NCBI GenBank assembly: GCA_046861645.1
Contig: JBHHUM010000001.1
Coordinates: forward strand, 27,379-91,378
Source of the DNA: Fidelibacterota bacterium
GTDB lineage: Bacteria; Fidelibacterota; Marinisomatia; Marinisomatales; UBA2128
Direction of reading: 5' to 3'
Length of the DNA stretch: 64,000 bases
In this document: in pieces, positions 48,358-58,700 of the stretch
Layout: every line of letters begins with the position of its first letter
Position numbering within the stretch: position 1 is the stretch's first letter
Made by a program: the position numbers and the translations under genes
Notes under the pieces: model-generated
What the model saw: the letters and a program-made list of their open reading frames with translations, nothing else
Databases searched by the model: none
Told to the model about the DNA's origin: nothing

Positions 48358-48552
48358 TTTTACTTTCGGACGACGGATGTCACGGGGGTAGTAACGTTAC
48401 CATCAGGTACGGAGATGGTGATGCCGGGAGACAACGTCAATCTGGACGTGGAGTTAATCAGTTCCATCGCCATGGAGGAGAATCTGCGGTTTGCCATTAG
48501 AGAGGGTGGTCATACAGTAGGTGCTGGTGTGGTGACAGGTATCGTGGAGTAA
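47362..48552 (+). CDS. tuf: Translation elongation factor Tu (copy 1, tufB-like position)
   Basis: The 396-aa protein begins [31 protein letters not shown] and carries DCPGHADY and NKTD. It follows a Thr-Tyr-Gly-Thr tRNA cluster, as upstream of E. coli tufB. Confidence 0.98.
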   Translation: MAKAKFERSKPHLNVGTIGHVDHGKTTLTAAMTLILSKRGLSEIRSFDSIDNAPEERERGITIQTAHVEYETEHRHYAHIDCPGHADYIKNMITGAAQMDGAILVVSAADGPMPQTREHVLLARQVNVPAIVVYLNKTDQVDDPELIELVELELRELLSEYEFPGDDIPIIKGSALEALNNPDDEEKTRSIIELVDAVDSYIPEPERDIDKPFLMPVEDVFSITGRGTVGTGRIERGIVKVGDEVEIIGLGEHEKTVVTGVEMFRKELDEGQAGDNAGLLLRGIDKEWLKRGMVVSKPGSITPHTKFKAEVYILKKEEGGRHTPFFNGYRPQFYFRTTDVTGVVTLPSGTEMVMPGDNVNLDVELISSIAMEENLRFAIREGGHTVGAGVVTGIVE

Positions 48553-48562
48553 GGAGATTGAA

Positions 48563-48727
48563 GTGGGTGGTAATAGCAAACGAGATCTGGTTATTCTTGA
48601 ATGTCCGGCGTGTCACCGACGGAATTATTCCACATCCAAGAACAGACGAGAACATCCTGGACGAGTTGAGTATAAGAAATACTGCCCTTGGTGTCGGAGT
48701 CACACACTTCATAAGGAAACCAAATAG
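48563..48727 (+). CDS. rpmG: 50S ribosomal protein L33 (zinc-ribbon C4 form)
   Basis: This 54-aa gene is missed by the ORF track. GTG 48563 gives MGGNSKRDLVILECPACHRRNYSTSKNRREHPGRVEYKKYCPWCRSHTLHKETK, with stop TAG at 48725-48727. It matches the L33 consensus (..LEC..C..RNY.T.KN.R..P.R.E.KKYCP.C..HT.HKE.K). Confidence 0.9.
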   Translation: MGGNSKRDLVILECPACHRRNYSTSKNRREHPGRVEYKKYCPWCRSHTLHKETK

Positions 48728-48798
48728 GAATAAAATGAAATCGAGTTTGAAAGGAATCAAAGTTCGTTTGAGTTTACATGGGTTTCCACTTTACTTAC

Positions 48799-48845
48799 GG
48801 AGCGCATAAATGAATAGTTCTACTGGTAGAGCATGGGTCTCCCCG
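48799..48845 (+). other. Decayed partial copy of the tRNA-Trp 5' half (tRNA relic)
   Basis: GGAGCG-(10-nt insertion)-TAGTTCTACTGGTAGAGCATGGGTCTCC compares with the live gene AGGAGCG-TAGCTCAATTGGTAGAGCACCGGTCTCC. About 22 of 29 positions are identical over the D-arm/anticodon-stem part. No 3' half is present. Confidence 0.5.
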
Positions 48846-48863
48846 CATCAAGAAAATGGAATT

Positions 48864-48936
48864 AGGAGCGTAGCTCAATTGGTAGAGCACCGGTCTCCAA
48901 AACCGGCGGTTGCGGGTTCAATTCCTGCCGCTCCTG
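48864..48936 (+). tRNA. tRNA-Trp (anticodon CCA)
   Basis: The acceptor is AGGAGCG/CGCTCCT, the D stem is GCTC/GAGC, the anticodon stem is CCGGT/ACCGG with loop CTCCAAA, and the T arm is GCGGG-TTCAATT-CCTGC. It is 73 nt. The position before secE is conserved in many bacteria. Confidence 0.9.
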
Positions 48937-49088
48937 CAAATAGTTGAAAAGGAAAGTAAAACTACGATGAATAGCTTTACAGGTTATTTAGTCAGAGATG
49001 GATACAAATCTTGTTTTACCTGTAATAATGATCAGGCAAAACTAGTCATTAATTCAAAACCTGAAGTTCCTTTAAGAAGTGAGTAATT

Positions 49089-49271
49089 ATGATCAAGAAG
49101 ATTCGCGGCTTTGTAGAGAGTGTCCAGTTCGAGATGAAGAAGGTTTCCTGGCCAAACTGGGAAGAACTCCGGGGATCTACCTACATCGTTCTCGGTCTTG
49201 CTGTTCTCTTAGGAGTTTTTCTTTTTGTGGTTGATCAGGTGTTGAGTTTCATTATGCGGGTAATTTTGTAG
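49089..49271 (+). CDS. secE: Preprotein translocase subunit SecE
   Basis: This is a 60-aa single-TM protein (VQFEMKKVSWPNWEEL....YIVLGLAVLLGVFLFVVD) directly upstream of nusG. Confidence 0.9.
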   Translation: MIKKIRGFVESVQFEMKKVSWPNWEELRGSTYIVLGLAVLLGVFLFVVDQVLSFIMRVIL

Positions 49272-49274
49272 AAG

Positions 49275-49802
49275 ATGAATTGGTATTCCCTTAGAGTACT
49301 ATCAGGACGTGAGAAGAAAGTACGAGATGCTCTTCTTCATGAAGCTAACGATGGGGAAATGGCGGAAAAAATTGAAGAAGTTCTGGTACCTTCTGAAAAC
49401 GTTGTGGAAATGAGAGGTGGTAAAAAAGTCATTAAGAATAAGGTCTTTTTCCCAGGGTACATTCTGATAAAAATGGAGATGGATAAGGAGTCTCGACATT
49501 TCGTGGAAAATATTCCAGGAATTGTCAGTTTCGTTGGACCTAACAATCAGCCTGAAGCATTGAAAGAAGTTGAAGTCAAGCGTATCCTTGGTGAAGTAGA
49601 AAGTATGAATGGACGTGAGGTCGTTAGAACTCGATTTCGCAAGGGTGAACCAGTTAAAATAGTTGATGGTCCTTTTGTGGATTTCACCGGTGTTGTACAG
49701 GAAGTGAATTCCGAGAAACAGAAAGTAACTGTATTGATATCTATTTTTGGTAGATCAACTCCAGTGGAATTAGAATATCTACAAATAGAGCACGAAAATT
49801 AG
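49275..49802 (+). CDS. nusG: Transcription termination/antitermination factor NusG
   Basis: It has the NGN domain (WYSLRVLSGREKKVRDAL) and a KOW domain (KGEPVKIVDGPFVDFTGVVQEV), within the secE-nusG-rplK synteny. Confidence 0.95.
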   Translation: MNWYSLRVLSGREKKVRDALLHEANDGEMAEKIEEVLVPSENVVEMRGGKKVIKNKVFFPGYILIKMEMDKESRHFVENIPGIVSFVGPNNQPEALKEVEVKRILGEVESMNGREVVRTRFRKGEPVKIVDGPFVDFTGVVQEVNSEKQKVTVLISIFGRSTPVELEYLQIEHEN

Positions 49803-49811
49803 GAAATACTT

Positions 49812-50237
49812 ATGGCTAAAAAAGTGATGACAACTATTAAGCTTCAGATTCCTGGAGGACAGGCTAATCCAGCACCACCTGTGGGTCCGGCTCTTGGTCA
49901 ACATGGTGTGAATATTATGGATTTTTGCAAAGCATTCAATGACAAGACCAAAGATCAAATGGGAACTATAATCCCAGTTGTTATTTCCGTCTATGAGAAC
50001 CGAACCTTCTCTTTTATCACTAAAACTCCTCCAGCGGCAGTCCTTCTGAAAAAAGCAGCGAAAGTTTCTAAAGGTTCAGGTGAACCAAATAAAGAAAAAG
50101 TTGGCATGATTTCTGAAACAGAGATAAGAAAGATAGCTGAAACTAAGATGCCAGACTTGAATGCGAATACGATTGATGCAGCCATGAACATAATTAAGGG
50201 TACAGCCAAAAGTATGGGGATTGAAGTTCAGGGGTAA
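49812..50237 (+). CDS. rplK: 50S ribosomal protein L11
   Basis: [35 protein letters not shown] is the L11 signature. Confidence 0.97.
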   Translation: MAKKVMTTIKLQIPGGQANPAPPVGPALGQHGVNIMDFCKAFNDKTKDQMGTIIPVVISVYENRTFSFITKTPPAAVLLKKAAKVSKGSGEPNKEKVGMISETEIRKIAETKMPDLNANTIDAAMNIIKGTAKSMGIEVQG

Positions 50238-50241
50238 CAAA

Positions 50242-50931
50242 ATGCGACATGGTAAAAAATATATAGAAAGCCTTAAGAAAATAGATCGAAAGCATGAATA
50301 TGCTCCTGAAGAAGCCCTGTTACTGGTAAAAGAGACTTCTAAGGCCAGATTTGATGAAACCGTAGAAGTGGTAGTCAATCTAGGAGTTGATCCTCGTAGA
50401 GCTGAGCAGAACGTTCGAGTGACAACTTCTTTACCTCATGGTACCGGGAAGGAAGTAAGTGTCTTGGTATTGACGGAAAGCTCGAATGTTAATAATGCCA
50501 TCGACGCCGGTGCAGATTTTGCAGGTAACGAAGAGTACATCAAGAAACTGGAGAGTGGTTGGGACGAGATAGATGTGATAGTAGCTTCTCCAGAAATGAT
50601 GCCCAAGTTGGGAAAGTTGGGAAAGATCTTGGGACCTAAGGGTTTAATGCCAAATCCAAAGAGTGGCACAGTTACAAAAGATGTCATGAATGCAGTAAAG
50701 GAAATTAAAGCCGGACGTGTAGAGCTGAGAGTAGATAAATACGGAATCATTCATGTTGGTATAGGTAAAAGTTCTTTTGATATCGAACATCTTGTGGACA
50801 ATCTTAAGTCAGTTGTTTCCACTTTGATGAAGGAAAAGCCGGTTGCAGTAAAGGGAACCTATTTGAAGAAGGTTACCATATCCTCAACCATGGGACCAGG
50901 AATAAAAGTAGATAAATCAGCATTGGTATAG
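50242..50931 (+). CDS. rplA: 50S ribosomal protein L1
   Basis: MRHGKKY...FDETVEVVVNLGVDPRRAEQNVR.. and GPKGLMPNPKSGTVT are present. ATG 50242 is preferred over the track start 50221, which overlaps rplK. Confidence 0.97.
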   Translation: MRHGKKYIESLKKIDRKHEYAPEEALLLVKETSKARFDETVEVVVNLGVDPRRAEQNVRVTTSLPHGTGKEVSVLVLTESSNVNNAIDAGADFAGNEEYIKKLESGWDEIDVIVASPEMMPKLGKLGKILGPKGLMPNPKSGTVTKDVMNAVKEIKAGRVELRVDKYGIIHVGIGKSSFDIEHLVDNLKSVVSTLMKEKPVAVKGTYLKKVTISSTMGPGIKVDKSALV

Positions 50932-50934
50932 AAG

Positions 50935-51453
50935 ATGCCTAATCCACAAAAAATAGATCTTGTTGAAGGATTATCGGAAAAATTGAAGAGAGCAACTGGT
51001 ATATATGTTACAGATTACCTTGGTTTGACAGTTGAAGATATCACTGAACTTCGTCGGAAATTATTCGAGAATGAGATTGAGTACACGGTTGTGAAGAATA
51101 CTCTGGCAAAGATTTCTGCCAGGAATGCTAACCTTGCAAATATCGATGATATGTTAACTGGTCCTACAGCACTAGCACTTACTTATGATGATCCCACATC
51201 ACCTGCAAGAGTCATTAAGGAATTCAAGCAAGAACGAGATCTTCCTGAAGTAAAGGGTTTTATTTTCGAGGGAAAGGTCATGGACCAGGCTTCCTTTAAC
51301 AGTATTGCGAATTTACCTTCTCGAGATCAGTTGCTGACCCAGTTAATAGTAGGTCTTTCTTCACCATTAACAAAAATCGTTTTTGCTTTGAAAAATTCAT
51401 TGAGTAATGTGGTTCACATACTTAACAATCTTAAAGAAACTAAACAGTCTTAG
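50935..51453 (+). CDS. rplJ: 50S ribosomal protein L10
   Basis: Its position between rplA and rplL fits. It is 172 aa with L10-like [14 protein letters not shown]....[10 protein letters not shown]. Confidence 0.95.
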   Translation: MPNPQKIDLVEGLSEKLKRATGIYVTDYLGLTVEDITELRRKLFENEIEYTVVKNTLAKISARNANLANIDDMLTGPTALALTYDDPTSPARVIKEFKQERDLPEVKGFIFEGKVMDQASFNSIANLPSRDQLLTQLIVGLSSPLTKIVFALKNSLSNVVHILNNLKETKQS

Positions 51454-51473
51454 AGACCAGGAGGAATATAAAA

Positions 51474-51854
51474 ATGGCTGAGGTTACACGTACTGACGTT
51501 CTCAATTACCTGGAGAAAGCCAACATGTTGGAAATCTCGGAATTAATATCAGAGATTGAAGAAAAGTTTGGTGTAACAGCTTCGGTTCCAGTTTCAGTTG
51601 CTGCCAGTCCAGTCGCTGGTGGTGAAGCTGCTGTAGAGGAGAAAGATACCTTTGATGTAGTACTTACTGCTGCAGGCGATAAGAAAATCCAGGTAATTAA
51701 AGTAGTTAGAAGTATGACAGATCTTGGGCTTAAAGAAGCGAAAGATCTTGTCGAGAGTGCTCCCAAAGCAGTTCGGGAAGCTGTGAGCAAAGAAGAAGCC
51801 GAAGAAATGAAGAAACAGTTAGAAGAGGTTGGGGCTTCAGTAGAACTCAAATAA
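51474..51854 (+). CDS. rplL: 50S ribosomal protein L7/L12
   Basis: It has an Ala/Val-rich hinge and the C-terminal [28 protein letters not shown]...[20 protein letters not shown]. Confidence 0.97.
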   Translation: MAEVTRTDVLNYLEKANMLEISELISEIEEKFGVTASVPVSVAASPVAGGEAAVEEKDTFDVVLTAAGDKKIQVIKVVRSMTDLGLKEAKDLVESAPKAVREAVSKEEAEEMKKQLEEVGASVELK

Positions 51855-51933
51855 GAGGATTTATCCTGGTTTTAGCGATGATAGTTTCGCCAAAAAATGG
51901 ATGTCCATCATAAGGGAATAGGAGGAGAGTATA

Positions 51934-54900
51934 TTGTCTCCAAATAAAAATAAATTAACAAAACGACAGTCATATTCACGAATTAAATCCATTCAAAAGA
52001 TGCCTAACCTTCTGGATGTTCAAGTACGATCATTCAGACATTTCATGCAACTTGATGTCGCCGTAGAGAAAAGGGAAGCCTTTGGATTAGAAGAAGTTTT
52101 CCGTAATGCATTCCCAATTGAGGATACTCATCGGAACTATATATTGGAATTTAAGAGTTACTATTTCGGGATGCCAAAATACAGCCCCTCGGAATGTCTT
52201 GATCGAGGAGTTACTTACGCAGTTCCATTGAAGGTAAATCTTACTTTGCACATCACTGATGAGTTTGATCGATCTAAGTATGCTCATAGTATTGATCAGG
52301 ATGTCTATTTCGGTAATGTACCCTTTATGACTAACCGAGGTACATTTATTATCAATGGTGCTGAACGGGTAATTGTTAGTCAATTGCAACGATCTCCTGG
52401 TGTTTTCTTTGATGAACATACCCATCCAAACGGAACTAAACTGTATCAGGCTAGAGTTATCCCGTTCCGAGGCTCATGGATTGATTTTACAACTGATATT
52501 AATGACTGTATTTTCGTTATTATTGATCGTAGAAAGAAGTTTCCAGTAACTATGTTATTACGCTCCCTTGGCTTTTCGTCTAACGCTGATATTTTTCGTG
52601 CCTTTGGACTTATTGAAACTATCAAAATAGACAAGCGATCTCTTAAACAGAATATTGGCAAACATTTAGCTGATGATGTCATCAATATTAAGACTGGTGA
52701 GATTATCTGTGATGGTGGAGCGGAACTGACTGAGGAGCTTCTCGAGGAGATTAAGAAAGCAGGGGTCGATACTATAGAAGTTGTGGAGACGGAAAAGAAT
52801 CTCTCAGCCGAACTTCTTATTAATACTATCAAGAAAGATCCTACCCGTAATACGGAAGAATCATTAAATCTTATGTACCAGCATATCCGTTCTGGTGAAC
52901 CACCCAATCTGGAGACTGCTCAGAAATTTATCGAGCGAATGTTTTTCAGTCCTAAAAGATATGACCTGGGTAAAGTAGGTCGTTATAGACTGAATAAGCA
53001 GTTTGCTCTGGATATTCCCCTAGATCACACAGTACTTACTACCGATGACATGATCAGGGTAATTGAATTTTTAATTGATATGAGAAAAGGCAAGCGTGGT
53101 GCCGATGATATTGATCATCTGGGTAACCGTAGAATGAAAACGGTAGGGGAACAACTTACTAATCAGTTTTCTATTGCCTTGAATCGAATGTCGAGGACGA
53201 TACGCGAGAGGATGAATTTAAGAGAAGCTGAAAGTTTAACTCCTCAGGATCTAATTAATTCTCGTGTAGTCACTACAGTAATCAACTCATTTTTCGGAAC
53301 CAGCCAGCTTAGTCAGTTTATGGATCAGACAAATCCACTCGCTGAAGTTACCCATAAAAGGCGGGTCTCAGCCCTGGGACCAGGAGGTATGACAAGGGAA
53401 AGGGCTGGATTTGAAGTGCGAGACGTCCACTATACTCATTATGGCAGACTCTGTCCTATAGAAACTCCTGAAGGTCCTAATATTGGTCTTATCTCTTCTC
53501 TGGCAACACATGCAAAAGTAAACGATCTCGGTTTTATTGAAGCACCCTATCGTGTCGTAACCAATAAAAATGGTTCTGGAGCGTTCGTTACCAAGAAAAT
53601 AGAATATCTCTCTGCAGAGGATGAAGATCGCTCTATGATTGCACAAGCTAACATTATTTTGGATGAGAAGGGTCGTATTGCTGAAGAGCTAATCCGAGCC
53701 AGAATTCGGGGTGATTTCCCTATAGTTGAACCTGAAAAAGTACAATATATGGATGTAGCTCCTCACCAGATTTTGAGTGTAGCTGCTGCTTTGATACCCT
53801 TTTTGGAACATGATGATGCTAACCGTGCATTAATGGGTTCCAATATGCAAAGACAATCTGTTCCTCTGATAAATCCTCAGGCACCAATTGTCGGAACAGG
53901 GATGGAAGCCATTCTCGCTAGAGATTCCAGGGCCGGGGTATATTCTCCAGTAAAGGGGGTCGTTACGTCGGTAGATGCTAATGAAATTGTTATCGGCACT
54001 GATGAAATTCCCGACGATATTACCATAACCCGAGAAGAAAACACCGTTCGGATTCCTCTAGTGAAATATTCCCGCACTAATCAGGACACGTGTATGAATC
54101 AACGACCAGTAGTATTCGAGGGAATGCATGTTGCACGTGGAGATTTATTGGCTGATGGCCCATCCATGTCAAATAATGAGCTGGCCTTGGGACGAAATAT
54201 CCTTGTTGCTTTCATGCCCTGGAGAGGGTATAACTTCGAGGATGCCATTGTTATCAGTGAACGATTGGTGAAAGATGATGTCTTTACATCGGTACACATT
54301 ACTGATGTGGAACTCGAAGTAAGGGACACAAAGCGAGGTGAAGAGGAATTGACTCGTGAAATACCCAATGTCAGTGAGGAGGCTACTAAGAATCTCGATG
54401 AGAATGGTATTGTTCGCATTGGTTCAGAGGTATTGGCAGGTGATATTTTGATCGGTAAGGTGACCCCCAAGGGTGAAACTGATCCTACTCCTGAAGAGAA
54501 GCTATTGAGGGCTATTTTTGGAGAAAAGGCTGGTGATGTCAAGGATGCATCTAAACGAGCAGAACCTGGCACCAAAGGTGTAGTCATTAAAACTCAAGTT
54601 TTTGAACGAAAGACTAAATCCACGCGAGTTCTGGAAAAGAAAATGATTCGTGAACGTCAAAAAGAGACCTCTATCAAAAAGCGTCAAATTAAAAAGAGAC
54701 GGGATGAGCGTCTAGTACAGCTTCTAACCGATCAGATTTGTGCTGGACTTCGTGATGTCAACTCAGGAAAGACAATTATTAAGGCTTCTACTAAGTTGAC
54801 TTCAAAGCGCTTGGCAGGGCTCGATTTAGAACAGATATCCAGAGATAATCCCTGGGTACAGGACAGGAAAGTATGGATTCAAATCCAACAGGTTTGGAAT

Positions 54901-55713
54901 TCATTCCGTCGTGAATGGCGGAAAGTGGAAGAGAATCTGGAGCGGGAAATCTATAAGCTACAGGTAGGTGATGAACTTCAACCTGGAGTTTCTAAGCTGG
55001 CCAAAGTTTACATTGCCAACAAACGTAAGATTCAAGTGGGTGACAAGATGGCCGGTCGTCATGGAAATAAGGGTGTGGTAGCTGTTGTTGTACCTGAAGA
55101 AGATATGCCATTTACTGAAGATGGTACTCCCATAGACATTGTATTGAATCCTCTTGGTGTACCCTCACGTATGAATTTGGGTCAGCTCTATGAGACGATG
55201 TTAGGCTGGGCTGGTTATGAAATGGGAAAGATGTATGAAACTCCAGCTTTTGATGGTGCTTCTCATGAACAGGTAGTTGAAGAGCTAGCCAAAGCCAATC
55301 TACCAACCAGTGGTAAGATCGTGCTCTATGATGGCAGAACCGGCGAACCTTTCGACCAACCAGTAACTGCAGGTTATATCTATATGATGAAGCTTAATCA
55401 TATGGTGGATGATAAGATGCATGCCCGTTCCACAGGACCTTACTCTCTCATTACCCAGCAACCACTTGGTGGTAAAGCTCAGTTTGGCGGTCAAAGGTTT
55501 GGAGAAATGGAAGTATGGGCTTTGGAAGCGTATGGTGCTGCCTATACACTACAAGAAATACTAACCGGAAAATCTGACGATGTAGAAGGTCGTTCAAAAG
55601 TTTACAACAGCCTGGTGCGAGGTGATAACGTACCCAAATTTGGAATTCCAGAGTCATTCAATGTTCTTGTTAAGGAATTACAGGGACTTGGTGTCGATGT
55701 TCAGTTACATTAA
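51934..55713 (+). CDS. rpoB: DNA-directed RNA polymerase subunit beta
   Basis: It is 1259 aa and has the rifampicin-cluster region GTSQLSQFMDQTNPLAEVTHKRRVSALGPGGMTRERAGFEVRDVH, plus GDKMAGRHGNKGV. The start is TTG, with an AGGAGG RBS 8 nt upstream. Confidence 0.98.
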   Translation: MSPNKNKLTKRQSYSRIKSIQKMPNLLDVQVRSFRHFMQLDVAVEKREAFGLEEVFRNAFPIEDTHRNYILEFKSYYFGMPKYSPSECLDRGVTYAVPLKVNLTLHITDEFDRSKYAHSIDQDVYFGNVPFMTNRGTFIINGAERVIVSQLQRSPGVFFDEHTHPNGTKLYQARVIPFRGSWIDFTTDINDCIFVIIDRRKKFPVTMLLRSLGFSSNADIFRAFGLIETIKIDKRSLKQNIGKHLADDVINIKTGEIICDGGAELTEELLEEIKKAGVDTIEVVETEKNLSAELLINTIKKDPTRNTEESLNLMYQHIRSGEPPNLETAQKFIERMFFSPKRYDLGKVGRYRLNKQFALDIPLDHTVLTTDDMIRVIEFLIDMRKGKRGADDIDHLGNRRMKTVGEQLTNQFSIALNRMSRTIRERMNLREAESLTPQDLINSRVVTTVINSFFGTSQLSQFMDQTNPLAEVTHKRRVSALGPGGMTRERAGFEVRDVHYTHYGRLCPIETPEGPNIGLISSLATHAKVNDLGFIEAPYRVVTNKNGSGAFVTKKIEYLSAEDEDRSMIAQANIILDEKGRIAEELIRARIRGDFPIVEPEKVQYMDVAPHQILSVAAALIPFLEHDDANRALMGSNMQRQSVPLINPQAPIVGTGMEAILARDSRAGVYSPVKGVVTSVDANEIVIGTDEIPDDITITREENTVRIPLVKYSRTNQDTCMNQRPVVFEGMHVARGDLLADGPSMSNNELALGRNILVAFMPWRGYNFEDAIVISERLVKDDVFTSVHITDVELEVRDTKRGEEELTREIPNVSEEATKNLDENGIVRIGSEVLAGDILIGKVTPKGETDPTPEEKLLRAIFGEKAGDVKDASKRAEPGTKGVVIKTQVFERKTKSTRVLEKKMIRERQKETSIKKRQIKKRRDERLVQLLTDQICAGLRDVNSGKTIIKASTKLTSKRLAGLDLEQISRDNPWVQDRKVWIQIQQVWNSFRREWRKVEENLEREIYKLQVGDELQPGVSKLAKVYIANKRKIQVGDKMAGRHGNKGVVAVVVPEEDMPFTEDGTPIDIVLNPLGVPSRMNLGQLYETMLGWAGYEMGKMYETPAFDGASHEQVVEELAKANLPTSGKIVLYDGRTGEPFDQPVTAGYIYMMKLNHMVDDKMHARSTGPYSLITQQPLGGKAQFGGQRFGEMEVWALEAYGAAYTLQEILTGKSDDVEGRSKVYNSLVRGDNVPKFGIPESFNVLVKELQGLGVDVQLH

Positions 55714-55730
55714 TAAGCGGAGGTAGTCCA

Positions 55731-58700
55731 TTGGTTTACATTAAACCACGTAAAATTGGTCAGCATCAGGATTTCAGTGCCGTTTCCATCGGTCTCTCTT
55801 CTCCTGAGGAGATACTGAGGAGATCATATGGAGAAGTTCTAAAACCGGAGACCATAAACTACCGGTCTTATAAACCTGAAAAAGATGGTCTTTTCTGTGA
55901 AAAGATTTTTGGACCGGTTAAGGATTATGAGTGTCACTGTGGGAAATATAAGGGTATTCGATACCGCAGTATCATCTGCGATCGGTGTGGAGTAGAGGTT
56001 ACCCGCAAGAGAGTCCGCCGGGAAAGAGGTGGTCATATTACTCTTGCTGTGCCAGTGGTACATATCTGGTATTTGCGATCTGTTCCTGGAAAACTCAGCC
56101 ATCTCCTTGGAATTCCCACGAGAGATTTGGAGAGGGTTATATATCATGAATCATATATGGTTATCAATCCCGGCGCTTCAGATAAAAAACCCCTTGATCT
56201 CGTTGAAGAAGAAGAATATCAAACATTAGAAACTGAATTTGGTAAACGGGCAGTATCTGAGGAAGATGTGGATGAGGATAACTTTTTCTATGCTGCCATG
56301 GGGGGCACTGCCATTCGTGATGCCCTGAAGAATCTGGATATCACTTCCACAATTAAAGAACTGTTACATACGATTAAAACCTCCAAGTCTAAGCAAAAAC
56401 GTTCTGATGCTTTAAAGCGATTAAAAGTTGTTAATGCCTTTTATCCTTCACCAGATCGTAAGCGGTTGAATCGTCCTGAGTGGATGGTGGTGACTGTGTT
56501 GCCGGTAATTCCACCAGAGCTGAGACCTTTAGTACCCCTGGAAGGCGGACGTTTTGCAGCCAGTGATTTGAACGACCTTTACCGTCGTGTCATCATCCGT
56601 AATAATCGTCTTAAGCAACTGATGGAGATCAAAGCTCCAGATGTCATCCTGCGTAATGAAAAAAGGATGCTGCAGGAAGCTGTGGATACTCTATTTGATA
56701 ATGCCCGTCGCGGAACAGCCATGAGCAGTGGTACTCGCCGCCCGTTGAAGAGCCTTAGTGATATGCTTCGTGGAAAACAAGGGCGATTCCGTCAGAATTT
56801 GCTTGGTAAGCGCGTTGATTACTCAGGACGTTCAGTAATCGTGGTGGGGCCCGAACTTAAATTACATGAATGTGGTTTACCAAAAGATATGGCTATCGAG
56901 CTTTTCAAACCTCAGTTAATACATGAACTTATCGCTCGTGGTATTATTAATACTCCTCGCAGTGCCAAACTGATGGTAGAAGAAAAAAGACCAGAAGTTT
57001 ATGAGATTTTAGATTATGTAGTGAAGGATCATCCAGTATTACTGAATCGGGCACCAACACTTCACCGTCTTGGCATTCAAGCCTTCCAACCCATATTAGT
57101 GGATGGTAAAGCTATCCAGATTCACCCCTTGGTTTGTGCAGCATTCAATGCGGACTTTGACGGTGATCAGATGGCGGTTCACGTACCGCTTTCCGTCGAA
57201 GCTCAAACGGAAGCTCGTATGTTGATGCTTTCCAGTCATAATATTCTGCATCCTGCTCATGGTTATCCCATTACGGTTCCATCCCAGGATATGGTGTTAG
57301 GCTGCTATTACCTTACCAAATTGAAGAAAAGTGATGATGGAGAAGGGATGTCATTCAGCAGTTTGGATGAAGTAGCCCTTGCCTATGAGAATGGAGCTGT
57401 TGGTCTTCATGCGATTATCAATGTTCGTACAAAAGATGGATGGCAGAAGAATACCACTGTTGGCAGAGCGATCTTCAACTCTATTCTCCCCGAAGAACTT
57501 GGTTATATTGATGAAATGATTTCTAAAAAGAGATTAGAGAAAATCATTTACGATGCATATCTACTTTCTGGAAATCATAGAACTGTTCAATTCTTGGATG
57601 ATCTTAAGAACCTTGGATTCAAGTATGCTACTCGAAGTGGAGTCAGCATCGCTATTGATGATGTCTTAATTCCTGCAGAGAAATTTGATATTATCAAGCG
57701 TGCGGGTGTCGAAGTCAATTCCATACATTCAAAATATGATCGCCAGATTATTACCGAAGGTGAACGTTACAATAAAGTAATCGATGTCTGGACTCATGTA
57801 ACAAATGAAGTAGCTGCTAATATGATGAATCATCTGGAAACGGATCAGGAAGGATTTAATCCCGTTTATATGATGGCGGATTCTGGCGCTCGGGGTAGTC
57901 AGGACCAGATCAAGCAGTTGGCGGGTATGCGAGGTCTCATGGCTAAACCTAGAAAAAGTATGACTGGTGGTAAAGGTGAGATCATCGAATCCCCAATTAC
58001 TTCCAATTTTAAAGAGGGCCTATCGGTATTGGAGTACTTCATTTCGACACATGGTGCCCGTAAAGGATTAGCTGATACAGCACTCAAAACAGCAGATGCC
58101 GGTTATTTAACCCGTCGTCTTGTGGATGTCGCTCAAGACGTAGTGATTTATGAAGAAGACTGTGGTACTATTAATGGTGTCTGGATATCTGACCTCAAGG
58201 AAGGTGAGGAAGTAATTGAACCTTTGAAAGATCGAATTCGAGGTCGGGTTCTTCAGGAAGATGTATTTGGTGAAACGGGAATTCTACTTAAAGCTGGAAC
58301 CCCGCTAGGGAAAAAAGAAGCTGAATTAATTTCTGAACTGGATGTTGGTCGAGTTTTCATTCGCTCTGTGCTGACTTGTGAATCCAACCGTGGTGTCTGT
58401 GCCAAATGTTACGGTTTTGATCTGAATACAAACAAAATGGTAGCTCTTGGTTCATCGGTAGGAATTGTTGCTGCCCAGTCCATTGGTGAACCGGGGACGC
58501 AGTTAACTTTACGAACCTTCCATATTGGTGGAACAGCTTCTAGAATTATTGAACAATCTCAAATGGTATCGAAACGCAATGGGTCTATTCGATATTCGGA
58601 TAATCTTGAATTTGCCGATGTTCGAGATAAGGAAGCAGTTGGAGGTAAAAAAGCGCCTAAAGTTCGTCGTGTCCTGGTAAGAAATGCTACCATGGACGTA

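Noticed and set aside
48558-48809. Track ORF of 83 aa after tuf
   Set aside because: The real gene is rpmG (L33) in another frame (48563-48727), which falls below the track's length cutoff. The 83-aa frame has no homolog-like features.
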